The notes below the pieces were generated by a model. The model saw nothing but the letters and a program-made list of their open reading frames with translations, was not told the DNA's origin and ran no database searches. DNA of 64,000 nucleotides from positions 64,572 through 128,571 of the forward strand of contig JBBTUL010000012.1 in assembly GCA_038063755.1 (NCBI GenBank), given 5' to 3'. Below, piece by piece: positions 1 to 8,883 of this stretch. The translations under genes were made by a program, and so were the position numbers. The first letter of the stretch is position 1. Every line of letters begins with the position of its first letter. This DNA comes from Patescibacteria group bacterium (lineage in GTDB: Bacteria > Patescibacteriota > Minisyncoccia > UBA6257 > 2-01-FULL-56-20).

Positions 1-1837
1 AGTTGTCTTGAGCTATGTCGGATGCTCCTCGAACGGCAATCGCAACATGGGCGAGCTTAAGGGCCGGGGCATCGTTGAATCCCTCACCAAGGAATCCGAC
101 AAGAGATTTTTCTTTCAACAGCTCGATGATTTCATATTTCTGCATTGGAAGCATGCGAGCGAAAACGTTTCGAGAAGAAGCCTCTCTCTTTTTTTCCTCG
201 AGCGACAAACGGTCGAATTCTTCTCCGGTTATGACGCGAGACTCGTGTTCGATAATTCCCGACTCACATCCAACCCAGCCAGCGACCTCTCGACTGTCTC
301 CAGTGATTATTTTTATCTGGACACCGAGCCTTCGGGCGTCTTTGACGGCTTGTTTCGTGCTTGGCTTGAGTGGATCAAAAAAGGAAACCATGCCTATAAA
401 ACCAAGATTGCGTTCGGATTGTTTTCCGATTTTCGTAGTCGTAGATGGAAAAAGCCTTTTTGCGACAGCCAAGATGCGATCGCCGCGTTGTCCTTGTTGA
501 TTTGCCCAAGCCTCCCCTTCGACTAGAAGCTTTTTTTTGAGTCCAGAAAGGGAGAAAATCACCTCCGGGGCCCCGCGCACATAAAGAGCCGATTTTTTTC
601 CCTCGCGAACGAGAATGGATTCTCTTTTTCGCTCTGGATCAAAAGGAACAAGGTCGAGGATCTCTCGACCATGGAATGCCTGGATGAGCGCTTTTGGCGC
701 GATGATTTTAAGCGCTTCGTCGAAAGCGCTCTTGTCCTTTTGAATTCCCGGGGTTGCCGCCGATCCCAAAAGGCATCCTTCGAGAACTGCCTGCTTGCTT
801 CCGAAGGTTTGATGCACGGCAAGCTTGTTTTCGGTAATCGTTCCGGTTTTATCGGTGCAAAGAATCTGAATACTGCCAAGGTCCTCAATCGCAGACAGGC
901 GTCGGGGGACGACATTTTTCTTTGCAAGCGCTACCGCGCCCCTGGTAAGCGAAAGAGTGGTAACGAGAGGGAGCGTTTCGGGAACAACGCTTATCATGAG
1001 AGCAACAGAAAAAAGAGAAAAAAGTGGCAGCGAAAAAGAATCGCGATGAACAATAAGGTTGATTATGAATATCAAAACTGTCGTAGAAAGGGCTAGCTTC
1101 AAAATGAATTTACTAAACTGGTTGATGCCAGCCTCGAACGCGCTTTCTTCGTTTGTTTTCGCAACGACAGAAGCGATTGATCCAACAGAACTTTCTTTGC
1201 CCGTTGCGAAGATAAGAAGCGATGCTTCGCCGCCGGTAAGCGTTGTGCGGGCAAATCCGATATTGTGTGCTTCAAAGGGTGTTTTTGCCTGCTGAGGCAA
1301 GGCACCTGCCCTTTTTCTTACCGGAGAAGATTCTCCCGTAAGAGCTGATTCATCCACGACGACCCCTTCTGCGGTTAAAAAGCACCCATCTGCGGGAATC
1401 ATATCCCCGGCTCTTAAGAGCACGATGTCTCCTGGAACCACGCATTCAACCGGAACAATTTCCGGATGTCCGTCCCGCAAGACCAAAGATTCTCTTTTCT
1501 CGAATTCACGAAGCAACTCGAGCGACCGCTCGGCACGGAATTCTTGTATAAATCCAAGAGTGGCATTTAGCAAAAGAAATCCAAAGACAAGCAGGGCATC
1601 TACGTACTCCTTAAGAAAGAACGAAATAAGTGCGGCTGCGGCGAGAAGATATACAAAAGAAGATTTGAATTGGCGGATTGCGACCTGCGTCCAGGAGCTA
1701 CTCCTTCCTTTGTAGGCATTCTCTCCTTGTTCGGCGAGGATTTCGCGAGCTCTTTCACTGTCGAGCCCGTGAGCAGTTCCTCCAAGCGCAGAGAGAAGAG
1801 CATCGGATTTTTGTGCCGAGGCCGAGGAAAAGTCCAT
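1..1837 (-). CDS. P-type cation-transporting ATPase (MgtA-like/type II-III), 3' part runs off window
   Basis: Not in ORF track. Manual minus-strand translation from ATG 1837 gives MDFSSASAQKSDALL...VPGDIVLLRAGDMIPADG...VDESALTGES...ILCTDKTGTITEN (TGES and DKTGT motifs). Confidence 0.9.
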   Translation of the reverse strand, partial: MDFSSASAQKSDALLSALGGTAHGLDSERAREILAEQGENAYKGRSSSWTQVAIRQFKSSFVYLLAAAALISFFLKEYVDALLVFGFLLLNATLGFIQEFRAERSLELLREFEKRESLVLRDGHPEIVPVECVVPGDIVLLRAGDMIPADGCFLTAEGVVVDESALTGESSPVRKRAGALPQQAKTPFEAHNIGFARTTLTGGEASLLIFATGKESSVGSIASVVAKTNEESAFEAGINQFSKFILKLALSTTVLIFIINLIVHRDSFSLPLFSLFSVALMISVVPETLPLVTTLSLTRGAVALAKKNVVPRRLSAIEDLGSIQILCTDKTGTITENKLAVHQTFGSKQAVLEGCLLGSAATPGIQKDKSAFDEALKIIAPKALIQAFHGREILDLVPFDPERKRESILVREGKKSALYVRGAPEVIFSLSGLKKKLLVEGEAWANQQGQRGDRILAVAKRLFPSTTTKIGKQSERNLGFIGMVSFFDPLKPSTKQAVKDARRLGVQIKIITGDSREVAGWVGCESGIIEHESRVITGEEFDRLSLEEKKREASSRNVFARMLPMQKYEIIELLKEKSLVGFLGEGFNDAPALKLAHVAIAVRGASDIAQDN

Positions 1838-1885
1838 TCCATCATTGTAACAGACCCCCTCATGGTCTTGGTGTAATATAAAAGC

Positions 1886-2515
1886 ATGGACTGGAGACTA
1901 CTTACGAGCGAAGAAAGAGGTATTTTTTCGCGGCTAAAAAACCCAGAGAAGGTTCAGGATTACTTAAATAATCTTGTACCGAAATCGAAGAGAGATGACG
2001 AAGACTATCTTTCTCCGCAACGCGTGCTCCAGGGAGCGCACGCCAACTGTTTTGAAGGAGCCTTGCTCGCGGCAGCGGCGTTCTGGTTCCACGGAGGAAG
2101 GCCGATCCTCCTTGATCTCGAACCAATTAGGGGAGACGACGCGCATGTGGTAGCTCTCTTTAAAAAGCATGGCGCGTGGGGAGCAGTTGGGAAGACGAAT
2201 CATGCTGTCCTGCGTTATCGCGAGCCGGTATATAAAACCCTCCGAGAGTTGGCGCTTTCATACTTTCATGAATATTTTTTAAACAATGGAAGGAAAACGC
2301 TCCGTACATATTCTTTTCCATTCGATCTTTCGAAAAAAAAGTACAGCGGGTGGGTAGTGGATAAGGGTGATTTGGGATGGATCGCGGCAGACCTGGAAGG
2401 CTCGACGCATAAAGATATCCTTCCTTCGAAAAACATGCGGATGCGGTTGGCCGAGCCGATCGAAATAAAAGCAGGAAAGATCGTGGAGTGGAGGAGCGGG
2501 CGACGTGTTCTATAG
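1886..2515 (+). CDS. Conserved hypothetical protein, possible transglutaminase-like Cys-His fold
   Basis: 209-aa ORF with NCFEGALLAAAA and DDAHVVALF motifs; TAATAT lies 6 nt upstream of the ATG. Confidence 0.65.
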   Translation: MDWRLLTSEERGIFSRLKNPEKVQDYLNNLVPKSKRDDEDYLSPQRVLQGAHANCFEGALLAAAAFWFHGGRPILLDLEPIRGDDAHVVALFKKHGAWGAVGKTNHAVLRYREPVYKTLRELALSYFHEYFLNNGRKTLRTYSFPFDLSKKKYSGWVVDKGDLGWIAADLEGSTHKDILPSKNMRMRLAEPIEIKAGKIVEWRSGRRVL

Positions 2516-2629
2516 GTGGCGACCCTTCGGTTGTGCACTTCAGGGCCGCTAGGTTGGCTTTTTCCCTCGCTTCGAATACGTATAGCGGGAGGCGCCAATG
2601 GGTTCTCGTGTCGCGGCGACAAATCTTAG

Positions 2630-2638
2630 TTATCCACA
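2630..2638 (+). promoter_or_regulatory. Single perfect DnaA box (TTATCCACA), overlapping the ACATCCAC/GTGGATGT inverted repeat
   Basis: Exact consensus match in intergenic DNA, but only one copy. Confidence 0.35.
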
Positions 2639-2810
2639 TCCACCTCCGACGTGGATGTCTTGCTTAAGCTATACTATAAGTAGCAACTCACAACTGAAAA
2701 CATCTCGATTATTGTCCGCTTAGCGGACTTCCATAATAGGGCTCCTTTTTCGAGGGGCCCGAAACATTTTTATGCGTTTTTTCTTGCAATTATTACGACA
2801 AGGCGGGAGA

Positions 2811-3539
2811 ATGATAGGTGAGCAAATGATCGAGATATCACGTCTTACTAAAATTTATGCTGGCCGGCGCGTTGTGGACGGTCTTTCTTTTTCTGTGCAA
2901 AAAGGAAGGGTTTTTGGATTCCTGGGGCAAAATGGAGCCGGAAAGACGACGGTAATCAAGGTTGTGGTTGGCATCTCTTTGTCGGATGAGGGGTGCGTGA
3001 GAATAGAAGGACTTCCGGCCGGAGATGTTGCGATAAAAGAAAAGATAGGCTTTATGCCGGAAGCTCCCTATTTTTATGCTCGACTCACCGGACTCGAATT
3101 TCTTCGTTTTTGCGGAGATCTTTTTCGCAATCGTAGATCGAAAGACACAGCATCACATGAGGAACTACTAAAAGAGGTTGGAATATACGAAGCACGGGAC
3201 AAGCGCATTTCCACCTATTCGAAGGGCATGAAGCAAAGGCTCGGGTTCGCTCAGGCCCTAGTAAACGACCCCGACTATGTCTTCTTAGACGAACCACTTG
3301 ATGGCCTTGATCCTATCGGAAGAAGGGAAATAAAAGAAATAATCAAAAGACTCAAGACGCGCGGAAAGACGATCTTTTTTAACTCGCACATCCTCTACGA
3401 CACGGAGGAGCTTTGCGATGATGTTGGCATCATACACGAAGGAAAGCTACTTTATTCGGGGCCGGTCAAAGAGTTTTGTGCTGGACGACCTCTTGAGGCG
3501 GCATTTATTAATACCATTGAAGCTGTTTCGAGAACATGA
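2811..3539 (+). CDS. ABC transporter ATP-binding protein (PilH-like)
   Basis: Walker A GQNGAGKTT, signature YSKGMKQR, Walker B VFLDEP. Start uncertain (2772/2811/2826). Confidence 0.93.
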   Translation: MIGEQMIEISRLTKIYAGRRVVDGLSFSVQKGRVFGFLGQNGAGKTTVIKVVVGISLSDEGCVRIEGLPAGDVAIKEKIGFMPEAPYFYARLTGLEFLRFCGDLFRNRRSKDTASHEELLKEVGIYEARDKRISTYSKGMKQRLGFAQALVNDPDYVFLDEPLDGLDPIGRREIKEIIKRLKTRGKTIFFNSHILYDTEELCDDVGIIHEGKLLYSGPVKEFCAGRPLEAAFINTIEAVSRT

Positions 3540-4294
3540 ACTCAATTTGGGTTATCGCGAAAAATACATTTAAGGAGGCGATTCGAGACAGAATTCTTTA
3601 CGGCATCTTGGGCTTTGCGGTTTTTTATCTGCTAACCGATCTTTTTTTTGCAAGGCTTGCTCTGGGCGACGTGTCGATGGTGAAGAGCTTTGGTCTCGCC
3701 GGAATATATGTATGCGGCGTTGTCGTCACTGTTTTTTTGGGAGCATCCGTTCTCTATAAAGAGATCGAATCGCGAACGCTTTATTTTGTTATTTCTAAAC
3801 CCGTTACGAGAGCGGAGATAGTTCTCGGAAAGTTTTTTGGGTTGTTTGCCGCGATTGCGCTTACCATCTCTGCGATGGCCGCAATTTATCTTGGTGTCGT
3901 TGGATACGAGGCGAGGGAGTTCGACATGCTCGGACTTCTCGCAATCCTCTTCGAGCTTTTTGAGATGGGATTTTTCGTCGCACTGCTTCTTTTCTTTTCG
4001 TCTTTTGCAAGCCCGCTTACCGCGACCATCTATTCCTCGATCCTCTTGTTTTCGGGGCATCTTCTAGAGCTTGTCCTTGAAAACGCCGCGCAAATCGGAG
4101 GAATCACGCTCAGGCTTGTTTCTGGGGCATATTATATCCTCCCAAACCTCGAAAAGTTCAACATTCGCGGCCTTGCCGCGCATCATACAATGATATCCTG
4201 GCCAGTCGGAATTTCTGTTTTTGTGTACGCCGTAGCGTATAGCACACTGCTTCTATATTTCGCAATCATATGCTTCAAGCGAAGAGAGCTTTAG
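3536..4294 (+). CDS. ABC-2 type permease (PilI/NosY-like)
   Basis: About 6 hydrophobic segments, EIESRTLYFVISKPVTRAEIVLGKF motif, ATGA overlap with the ATPase. Confidence 0.9.
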   Translation: MNSIWVIAKNTFKEAIRDRILYGILGFAVFYLLTDLFFARLALGDVSMVKSFGLAGIYVCGVVVTVFLGASVLYKEIESRTLYFVISKPVTRAEIVLGKFFGLFAAIALTISAMAAIYLGVVGYEAREFDMLGLLAILFELFEMGFFVALLLFFSSFASPLTATIYSSILLFSGHLLELVLENAAQIGGITLRLVSGAYYILPNLEKFNIRGLAAHHTMISWPVGISVFVYAVAYSTLLLYFAIICFKRREL

Positions 4295-5109
4295 GAAGAA
4301 GACTGCTTATGGCTTGCGGGGTCGTGATTTTTGCTGTGGCCATTCCCGTCGCGCAGAGCGTGCACGATTCTTTTGTCGTTCGAGCACCGAAGGTAATTGA
4401 CTTCACGCCGCTTTCGTTTATTAAGGTATTCGACCTAGGACTTCACGAAGCCGTCGCGGCAATTCGGTGGGTGTCTCTTCGTTCCGACATGCCCCTGGTG
4501 CCGGACGGGTATGAAAAACTTGACTACGAGATCCGACTTATAAATAGCCTTGATCCAAGGTTTTCACAGCCATACTATTTTTCTACAATCGTTCTTCCGG
4601 AGATTCAGAAACATCCGTATCGTGTGCAGGCGGCGGTCGAGGTCGGGAAGCGGGGAGTTAGGCTTTCGGAGCCGGATTGGCGTGTGCCATTCTATCTAGG
4701 AGCCGTGAATCATGTTTACCTGCGCGATCGCGGAGAGGCCGCAAAGTATTTCGATCTTGCAGCCCAGACCACCGGCATACCAGAGTCCATTCGGCGATTT
4801 TCTCTCGGTTACGGCATAGCCCCAAAGTCGCGAGGCGAAATGAAAGAGATTTGGCTCGCGATAGAAGCTGGAGCGAATGATAAGGATACGAAGAAGCGAG
4901 CAGAGATGCATATTCGGCATCTGGAAATCATCGAGCTTTTACAAGACGCAGTTTCGACTTATCGGGAAGAAACAGGCAGCTTTCCGAGCGCCGTTGAAGA
5001 TTTGGTAAAAGAAGGGTTTATCGCAGAAGTTCCCAAGAGTCCTTTCGGGCTCAACTTTTTTATCTACGAAGGAGGACTTATTGGAATCAAACCGCTTTCG
5101 AGCGGATAG
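4270..5109 (+). CDS. Membrane-anchored TPR-like protein with GspG-like C-terminal motif (PilG/XapA-like)
   Basis: N-terminal TM, LDPRF...DWRVPFYLG...AAKYFDLAA helical repeats, C-terminal YREETGSFPSAVEDLVKEGFIAEVPKSPFG. Confidence 0.65.
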   Translation: MLQAKRALGRRLLMACGVVIFAVAIPVAQSVHDSFVVRAPKVIDFTPLSFIKVFDLGLHEAVAAIRWVSLRSDMPLVPDGYEKLDYEIRLINSLDPRFSQPYYFSTIVLPEIQKHPYRVQAAVEVGKRGVRLSEPDWRVPFYLGAVNHVYLRDRGEAAKYFDLAAQTTGIPESIRRFSLGYGIAPKSRGEMKEIWLAIEAGANDKDTKKRAEMHIRHLEIIELLQDAVSTYREETGSFPSAVEDLVKEGFIAEVPKSPFGLNFFIYEGGLIGIKPLSSG

Positions 5110-5230
5110 AAAAGAGACCCTGCTTATTGCGCTGCCCTGGTCTTCTATGGCATAGTAACGGAAGTATTTTTTTCGTTCTTTTACATTTCGCCGCTAGGCG
5201 ATATATATCACTAAAAACAACACAAACTCT

Positions 5231-5779
5231 ATGAAAAAAACCACAATTCTGTTTGTTTTTGGAGCGATTTTTGCCATATCAATCTTTGCGGGGCCACAAG
5301 GAGCCCGCGCCGCGGACGGAGCATCGGCAATTACCCCAGAACAAGCAGCGACACTTAAAACAGCCCTCGATATTCTCGGGAAAACTCTCGACATCCTTGA
5401 GGCAAGGGTCGCCGAAGAATTAGTCCCCGAGGCTCAAATCTCTCCCACCAAGCAAACGCTCGGCACGCTTCGCGGGAGCTTGGTGGCGCTCAACACGCTT
5501 CTCGTGCAAGGAGGGGCTTCGGCATTTGCAGTTGAGACCGGAAAGACCCTTCCCGCAGAAACTTCCGTGACGAACGTTCCCGTGGACGCTGGATCGGTTG
5601 TTGTGGGGATGGACAAGGCCTCGCAAGCGGAGAGTGTTCAGACTGCGTCCTTGTTCGATACGGTAAAAACGAGAAAAGGAAGAGCTGCGGCAGTCGCAGT
5701 ATTTCTCGTGCTCGGCGCGCTTTGTCTCGTCGGGGTTGAATATTTTCGACACCGCGTACGTCCGCTTCGGACGATCTAG
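5231..5779 (+). CDS. Hypothetical exported protein with C-terminal membrane anchor
   Basis: Signal peptide (MKKTTILFVFG...ARA) and a C-terminal TM followed by a basic tail. Confidence 0.75.
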   Translation: MKKTTILFVFGAIFAISIFAGPQGARAADGASAITPEQAATLKTALDILGKTLDILEARVAEELVPEAQISPTKQTLGTLRGSLVALNTLLVQGGASAFAVETGKTLPAETSVTNVPVDAGSVVVGMDKASQAESVQTASLFDTVKTRKGRAAAVAVFLVLGALCLVGVEYFRHRVRPLRTI

Positions 5780-5819
5780 ACGAAAACAAAGATCCCGCAT
5801 ACAGCGGGTTTTTTGTTTG
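5747..5819. repeat. 73-bp direct repeat, copy 1 (3' end of upstream gene plus terminator CCCGC-ATACA-GCGGG-T6)
   Basis: 69/73 identical to 7363-7435 by manual alignment. Confidence 0.92.
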
Positions 5820-5838
5820 AAGAAACCGGCGTAGTTTC

Positions 5839-7071
5839 CTATTTATCCGTTCCTTGACCAGTCTCCGGATCTTGGTATGGACTGAACGTAAGGGTTATAT
5901 CAAGCATTTGGGCCGCGCGCTCAAGTTTTTTTATAAATTTTTCCTTTGAGCCTTTTTCTTTCATGATGAGCGAAACATCTCCGCTTAAAGCCCTAGAAAC
6001 CGCCTTTTCCGAATAAGGAGAAACGACTCGCGCGTGAGCCTTTCGATACTCATCGAGAGCTAGTTCGTACTTTTTTTCTATTTCAGGAGAAACAATCTCT
6101 CCTTTGGACTTTTTCCTCATGACATAATAGAGTCCCGACCCAGGGCTTTCTTTGGAAATCTTTGGGTCAAGAGAAAACTCCCATACGCCGGAGGGATCGA
6201 CAACGGCTCCTTTCACCTCCGCATCGTATCCTTCTTTGCTTATAACGTTTCCGAAAAAGTCAAAGATGTCCGGCGCGGAAGGCGGAAGAATGAGCGGTGG
6301 CAGTTTTCCTTCCTTCGCGTTTTGCGTATACGACCGTACGTCGTCTTTCGTTTTTGTTTCTAATCGCATCGCCCCGCGCCACGATTCGTATTCGTCGCTT
6401 GTCATGAGCTCCTCCCATGCCGAGAAAGAGTGGTTGTGGACAGAAATAAATTGATCTATGGCTTCCGTGTATCCTTCTTTAACGACAAGGTCTACGAGCT
6501 TTTCGGTGTCAATATCAATACTTGCCGTATTCCCCTGTACGTAGGCAAGGAGGCGAGTGTTTGCTTCCGGCTTCTTCGCGAGAACGATGAGCCATTCATG
6601 TTCTGCATTTTTTGCAAGAGCCCTAAAGTCTCCTTCAAGTACGGTTTTATAATTTCCCGAAAATCCCCCTTGACCTCGTTCCGAAATGCGACTTATCGCG
6701 CTTTCTCCGCTATCGGTCCCGGAATACTCTCGGCCGCCGCCCATCGTTTGCGCTCCTATTTCTCCTGCCGAGAAAAGCATACCAAGCAGCGCAAGCGCCT
6801 TTATTTTTTTCCGGAGAACTTGAGCGCGCTCCCTGATTCGCGAGAGAGTACTCAATATGCCGCCTGTTTCAGCAAGCCGCTCAACGTCATTTCGGGGAAG
6901 GTTGCTTGCCCGAAATGCCTCTTCCAGGAACAAGTCATTATTTCCTAGAATATCCAAAGAAAGCTCCATTTTTTCCATTCTTCTGGCAACGTCGAGACCA
7001 AGCTCCGGTTCATGGGCGCGCTCGCCCTCGCACGCTTCCGAAGGCATTATTGATGGGTGTTCAGCGTGCAT
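5839..7071 (-). CDS. Hypothetical protein with JAB/MPN (RadC-like) motif and internal hydrophobic segment
   Basis: E...ISVHNHS...PPSAPD. The likely ATG at 7071 overlaps the stop of the small upstream ORF (track start 7104). Confidence 0.65.
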   Translation of the reverse strand: MHAEHPSIMPSEACEGERAHEPELGLDVARRMEKMELSLDILGNNDLFLEEAFRASNLPRNDVERLAETGGILSTLSRIRERAQVLRKKIKALALLGMLFSAGEIGAQTMGGGREYSGTDSGESAISRISERGQGGFSGNYKTVLEGDFRALAKNAEHEWLIVLAKKPEANTRLLAYVQGNTASIDIDTEKLVDLVVKEGYTEAIDQFISVHNHSFSAWEELMTSDEYESWRGAMRLETKTKDDVRSYTQNAKEGKLPPLILPPSAPDIFDFFGNVISKEGYDAEVKGAVVDPSGVWEFSLDPKISKESPGSGLYYVMRKKSKGEIVSPEIEKKYELALDEYRKAHARVVSPYSEKAVSRALSGDVSLIMKEKGSKEKFIKKLERAAQMLDITLTFSPYQDPETGQGTDK

Positions 7072-7225
7072 TTGATGGGGTGATTTTTTTCCCTTTTTCG
7101 ACAAGAGAAAGCAAAAGAACGCGCTCTTCGTCTTTTATAAGGCGCAACTCATCTTCGTATTTCTGAAGAATCCGTGAAAGCGCGACGGCATTCTTCTCAG
7201 CAATTTTCTTATTCTGTGCGAGCAT
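7061..7225 (-). CDS. Small 54-aa helical hypothetical protein
   Basis: Manual translation MLAQNKKIAEKNAVALSRILQKYEDELRLIKDEERVLLLSLVEKGEKITPSNAR*, overlapping the next ATG. Confidence 0.55.
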   Translation of the reverse strand: MLAQNKKIAEKNAVALSRILQKYEDELRLIKDEERVLLLSLVEKGKKITPSNAR

Positions 7226-7362
7226 ACGTTAACCAAACGACACAATCAAAAAGAAGTCAAAGCCTATTTAGGCGAGGTGGGGCGAAGCGGTAGACTTTTC
7301 GAAAATCAGATGGAATCAAGCTTCGGAAGAAATACGAGCCCTTCGAGATTTTCCCATCCTTC

Positions 7363-7435
7363 CGACACCGCGTACATCCGCTTCAAACGATCTAGACGAA
7401 AACAAAGATCACGCATACAGCGGGTTTTTTGTTTG
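7363..7435. repeat. 73-bp direct repeat, copy 2
   Basis: 69/73 identical to 5747-5819; one mismatch falls in the terminator stem. Confidence 0.92.
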
Positions 7436-7444
7436 GGGATTTAT

Positions 7445-8206
7445 TCAGGTAAGGTCTTTTGAATTTGCCCAAATACTATCAAAAATAGCCCTCATCATCG
7501 CGAAGTGCTCTTCGGATTGGACAAGGATGCAGTAGTTGTTTTTCCTCGAAGATATATAAAGCGTCTTGTCGTCGTAGAAAAAGATTGTCGTGGAAAATAC
7601 ATTCCTCATTTCTTTCGGTAGAAGACGCACATGGGAGAGTTCCTGGTAGTACTTCTTTAAAAAATCCTTATTCGATCCATCTTCCCAAAGATTTTTTGTT
7701 CGAATGCCGCGCCGTACTCGCTCTTCGACATAGCTTTTTGAAAAAACATCATCGTTTTGCCAGAAGGAGTTTGCGCTTGGAACTATCGAGTAGATAAGCC
7801 GGCTCCGATTATATAGCGTGTACATGACCCGCATCTTTACGGCATCAATGCCTTCAAAAAAAGAAACCTGCGGCCGCTCTTCTCCCCGCGGCTTGGACTC
7901 AATACCTTCCGCCATTTTTTTCACCTCTTCTGCGAGGTGTTCAGCCTCACGAAGTTTTTTCGTCGCAAGGCCATTTAGCGAACCTACCGGCTCGACACGA
8001 AAGACACCCTTGTCGTTTGTGGACGTTTTGCTTACCAGGCCTCTTTGCAATAGGGCATTCAAAGCATAGTAGGCCGTGGGTCGTTTTCGTCGGGTGATTT
8101 TCATGATTTCCCGCACCGAAGAAGCTCCCTCAACCATAGCAAGATACACGTCAATTTCTGATTCGCTGAGGTCGAGCTTGGCAAGTGCTTGGCGTAGGTC
8201 AGTCAT
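7445..8206 (-). CDS. TrmB-family transcriptional regulator
   Basis: N-terminal wHTH (LSESEIDVYLAM...RPTAYYALNALLQRGLV), VSFFEGIDAV linker, PLD-like C-terminal domain. Confidence 0.88.
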   Translation of the reverse strand: MTDLRQALAKLDLSESEIDVYLAMVEGASSVREIMKITRRKRPTAYYALNALLQRGLVSKTSTNDKGVFRVEPVGSLNGLATKKLREAEHLAEEVKKMAEGIESKPRGEERPQVSFFEGIDAVKMRVMYTLYNRSRLIYSIVPSANSFWQNDDVFSKSYVEERVRRGIRTKNLWEDGSNKDFLKKYYQELSHVRLLPKEMRNVFSTTIFFYDDKTLYISSRKNNYCILVQSEEHFAMMRAIFDSIWANSKDLT

Positions 8207-8226
8207 TGTATAACAGTTATTATACA
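8207..8226. promoter_or_regulatory. 7-6-7 inverted repeat TGTATAA-N6-TTATACA, candidate operator
   Basis: Perfect arms; overlaps the minus-strand TATAAT (8219-8224) and abuts the TrmB start. Confidence 0.55.
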
Positions 8227-8295
8227 CTATTGAACAAGCTTCTCCAGGGGTAGAAAATGCTTTCAGAGCATTGAAAATCCAAAAAGGAGAAGCAA

Positions 8296-8835
8296 GTGCG
8301 ATTCCATAATCTTGACTGGGAAGGGAACCCTGACGTTTCCGATAAAGAACACGAAGAATTCGAGAGGGACGTACGAGCGGCGATGGAAAAAGAAGAGAGA
8401 AGAAAAAAGAGCGAAAGCCTGCGGAAAAAAAGGAATGAAAAAAGACAAGCTTCTGGTGTCGGCGCCGATGTCGATCGGGGATGGATGGCCGCCCTGCGCG
8501 CGTTCGAGGAGGGACGTAAGCGTGGAGAGGATCGAAAGAAGATGAGCTTCCGGATCGAGGAGGCGCTTGACGCAGAAAGAAAGGAAGCAGAGAGGCGCGA
8601 AGCGGAAACGGCAGAAAAGATACGCAAGATATTTGTAGGAAAAAAGATCACCTGCGTCTCCGTCGGTATCGACAAAAGAGCAACGAGAAAAGAAAAGTCA
8701 ATCGACAGAACATGGCAAGAGATCCGCTTTTCTTTCTCCGACGGGACGGAAGCAAATATCAGGATAAAACAAGAGGGCGGAGACGATGTCTATCTCTATG
8801 TTGGCGAAAATCACTTTTGGTTGAGCGGCATATGA
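8296..8835 (+). CDS. Hypothetical protein, charged/coiled N-terminal half
   Basis: 179-aa ORF, AAGGAG upstream of GTG. Confidence 0.65.
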   Translation: MRFHNLDWEGNPDVSDKEHEEFERDVRAAMEKEERRKKSESLRKKRNEKRQASGVGADVDRGWMAALRAFEEGRKRGEDRKKMSFRIEEALDAERKEAERREAETAEKIRKIFVGKKITCVSVGIDKRATRKEKSIDRTWQEIRFSFSDGTEANIRIKQEGGDDVYLYVGENHFWLSGI

Positions 8836-8883
8836 AGACTGCTCCGAGTTCGGACAAAAAAGAACAAAAAGAAAGGAGGGGTT

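Noticed and set aside
8-1887. ORF-track entries in the first 1.9 kb
   Set aside because: All overlap the minus-strand P-type ATPase, which the track missed because it runs off the window.
2630-2638. Replication origin
   Set aside because: A single DnaA box, with no cluster, no AT-rich unwinding element and no dnaA nearby.
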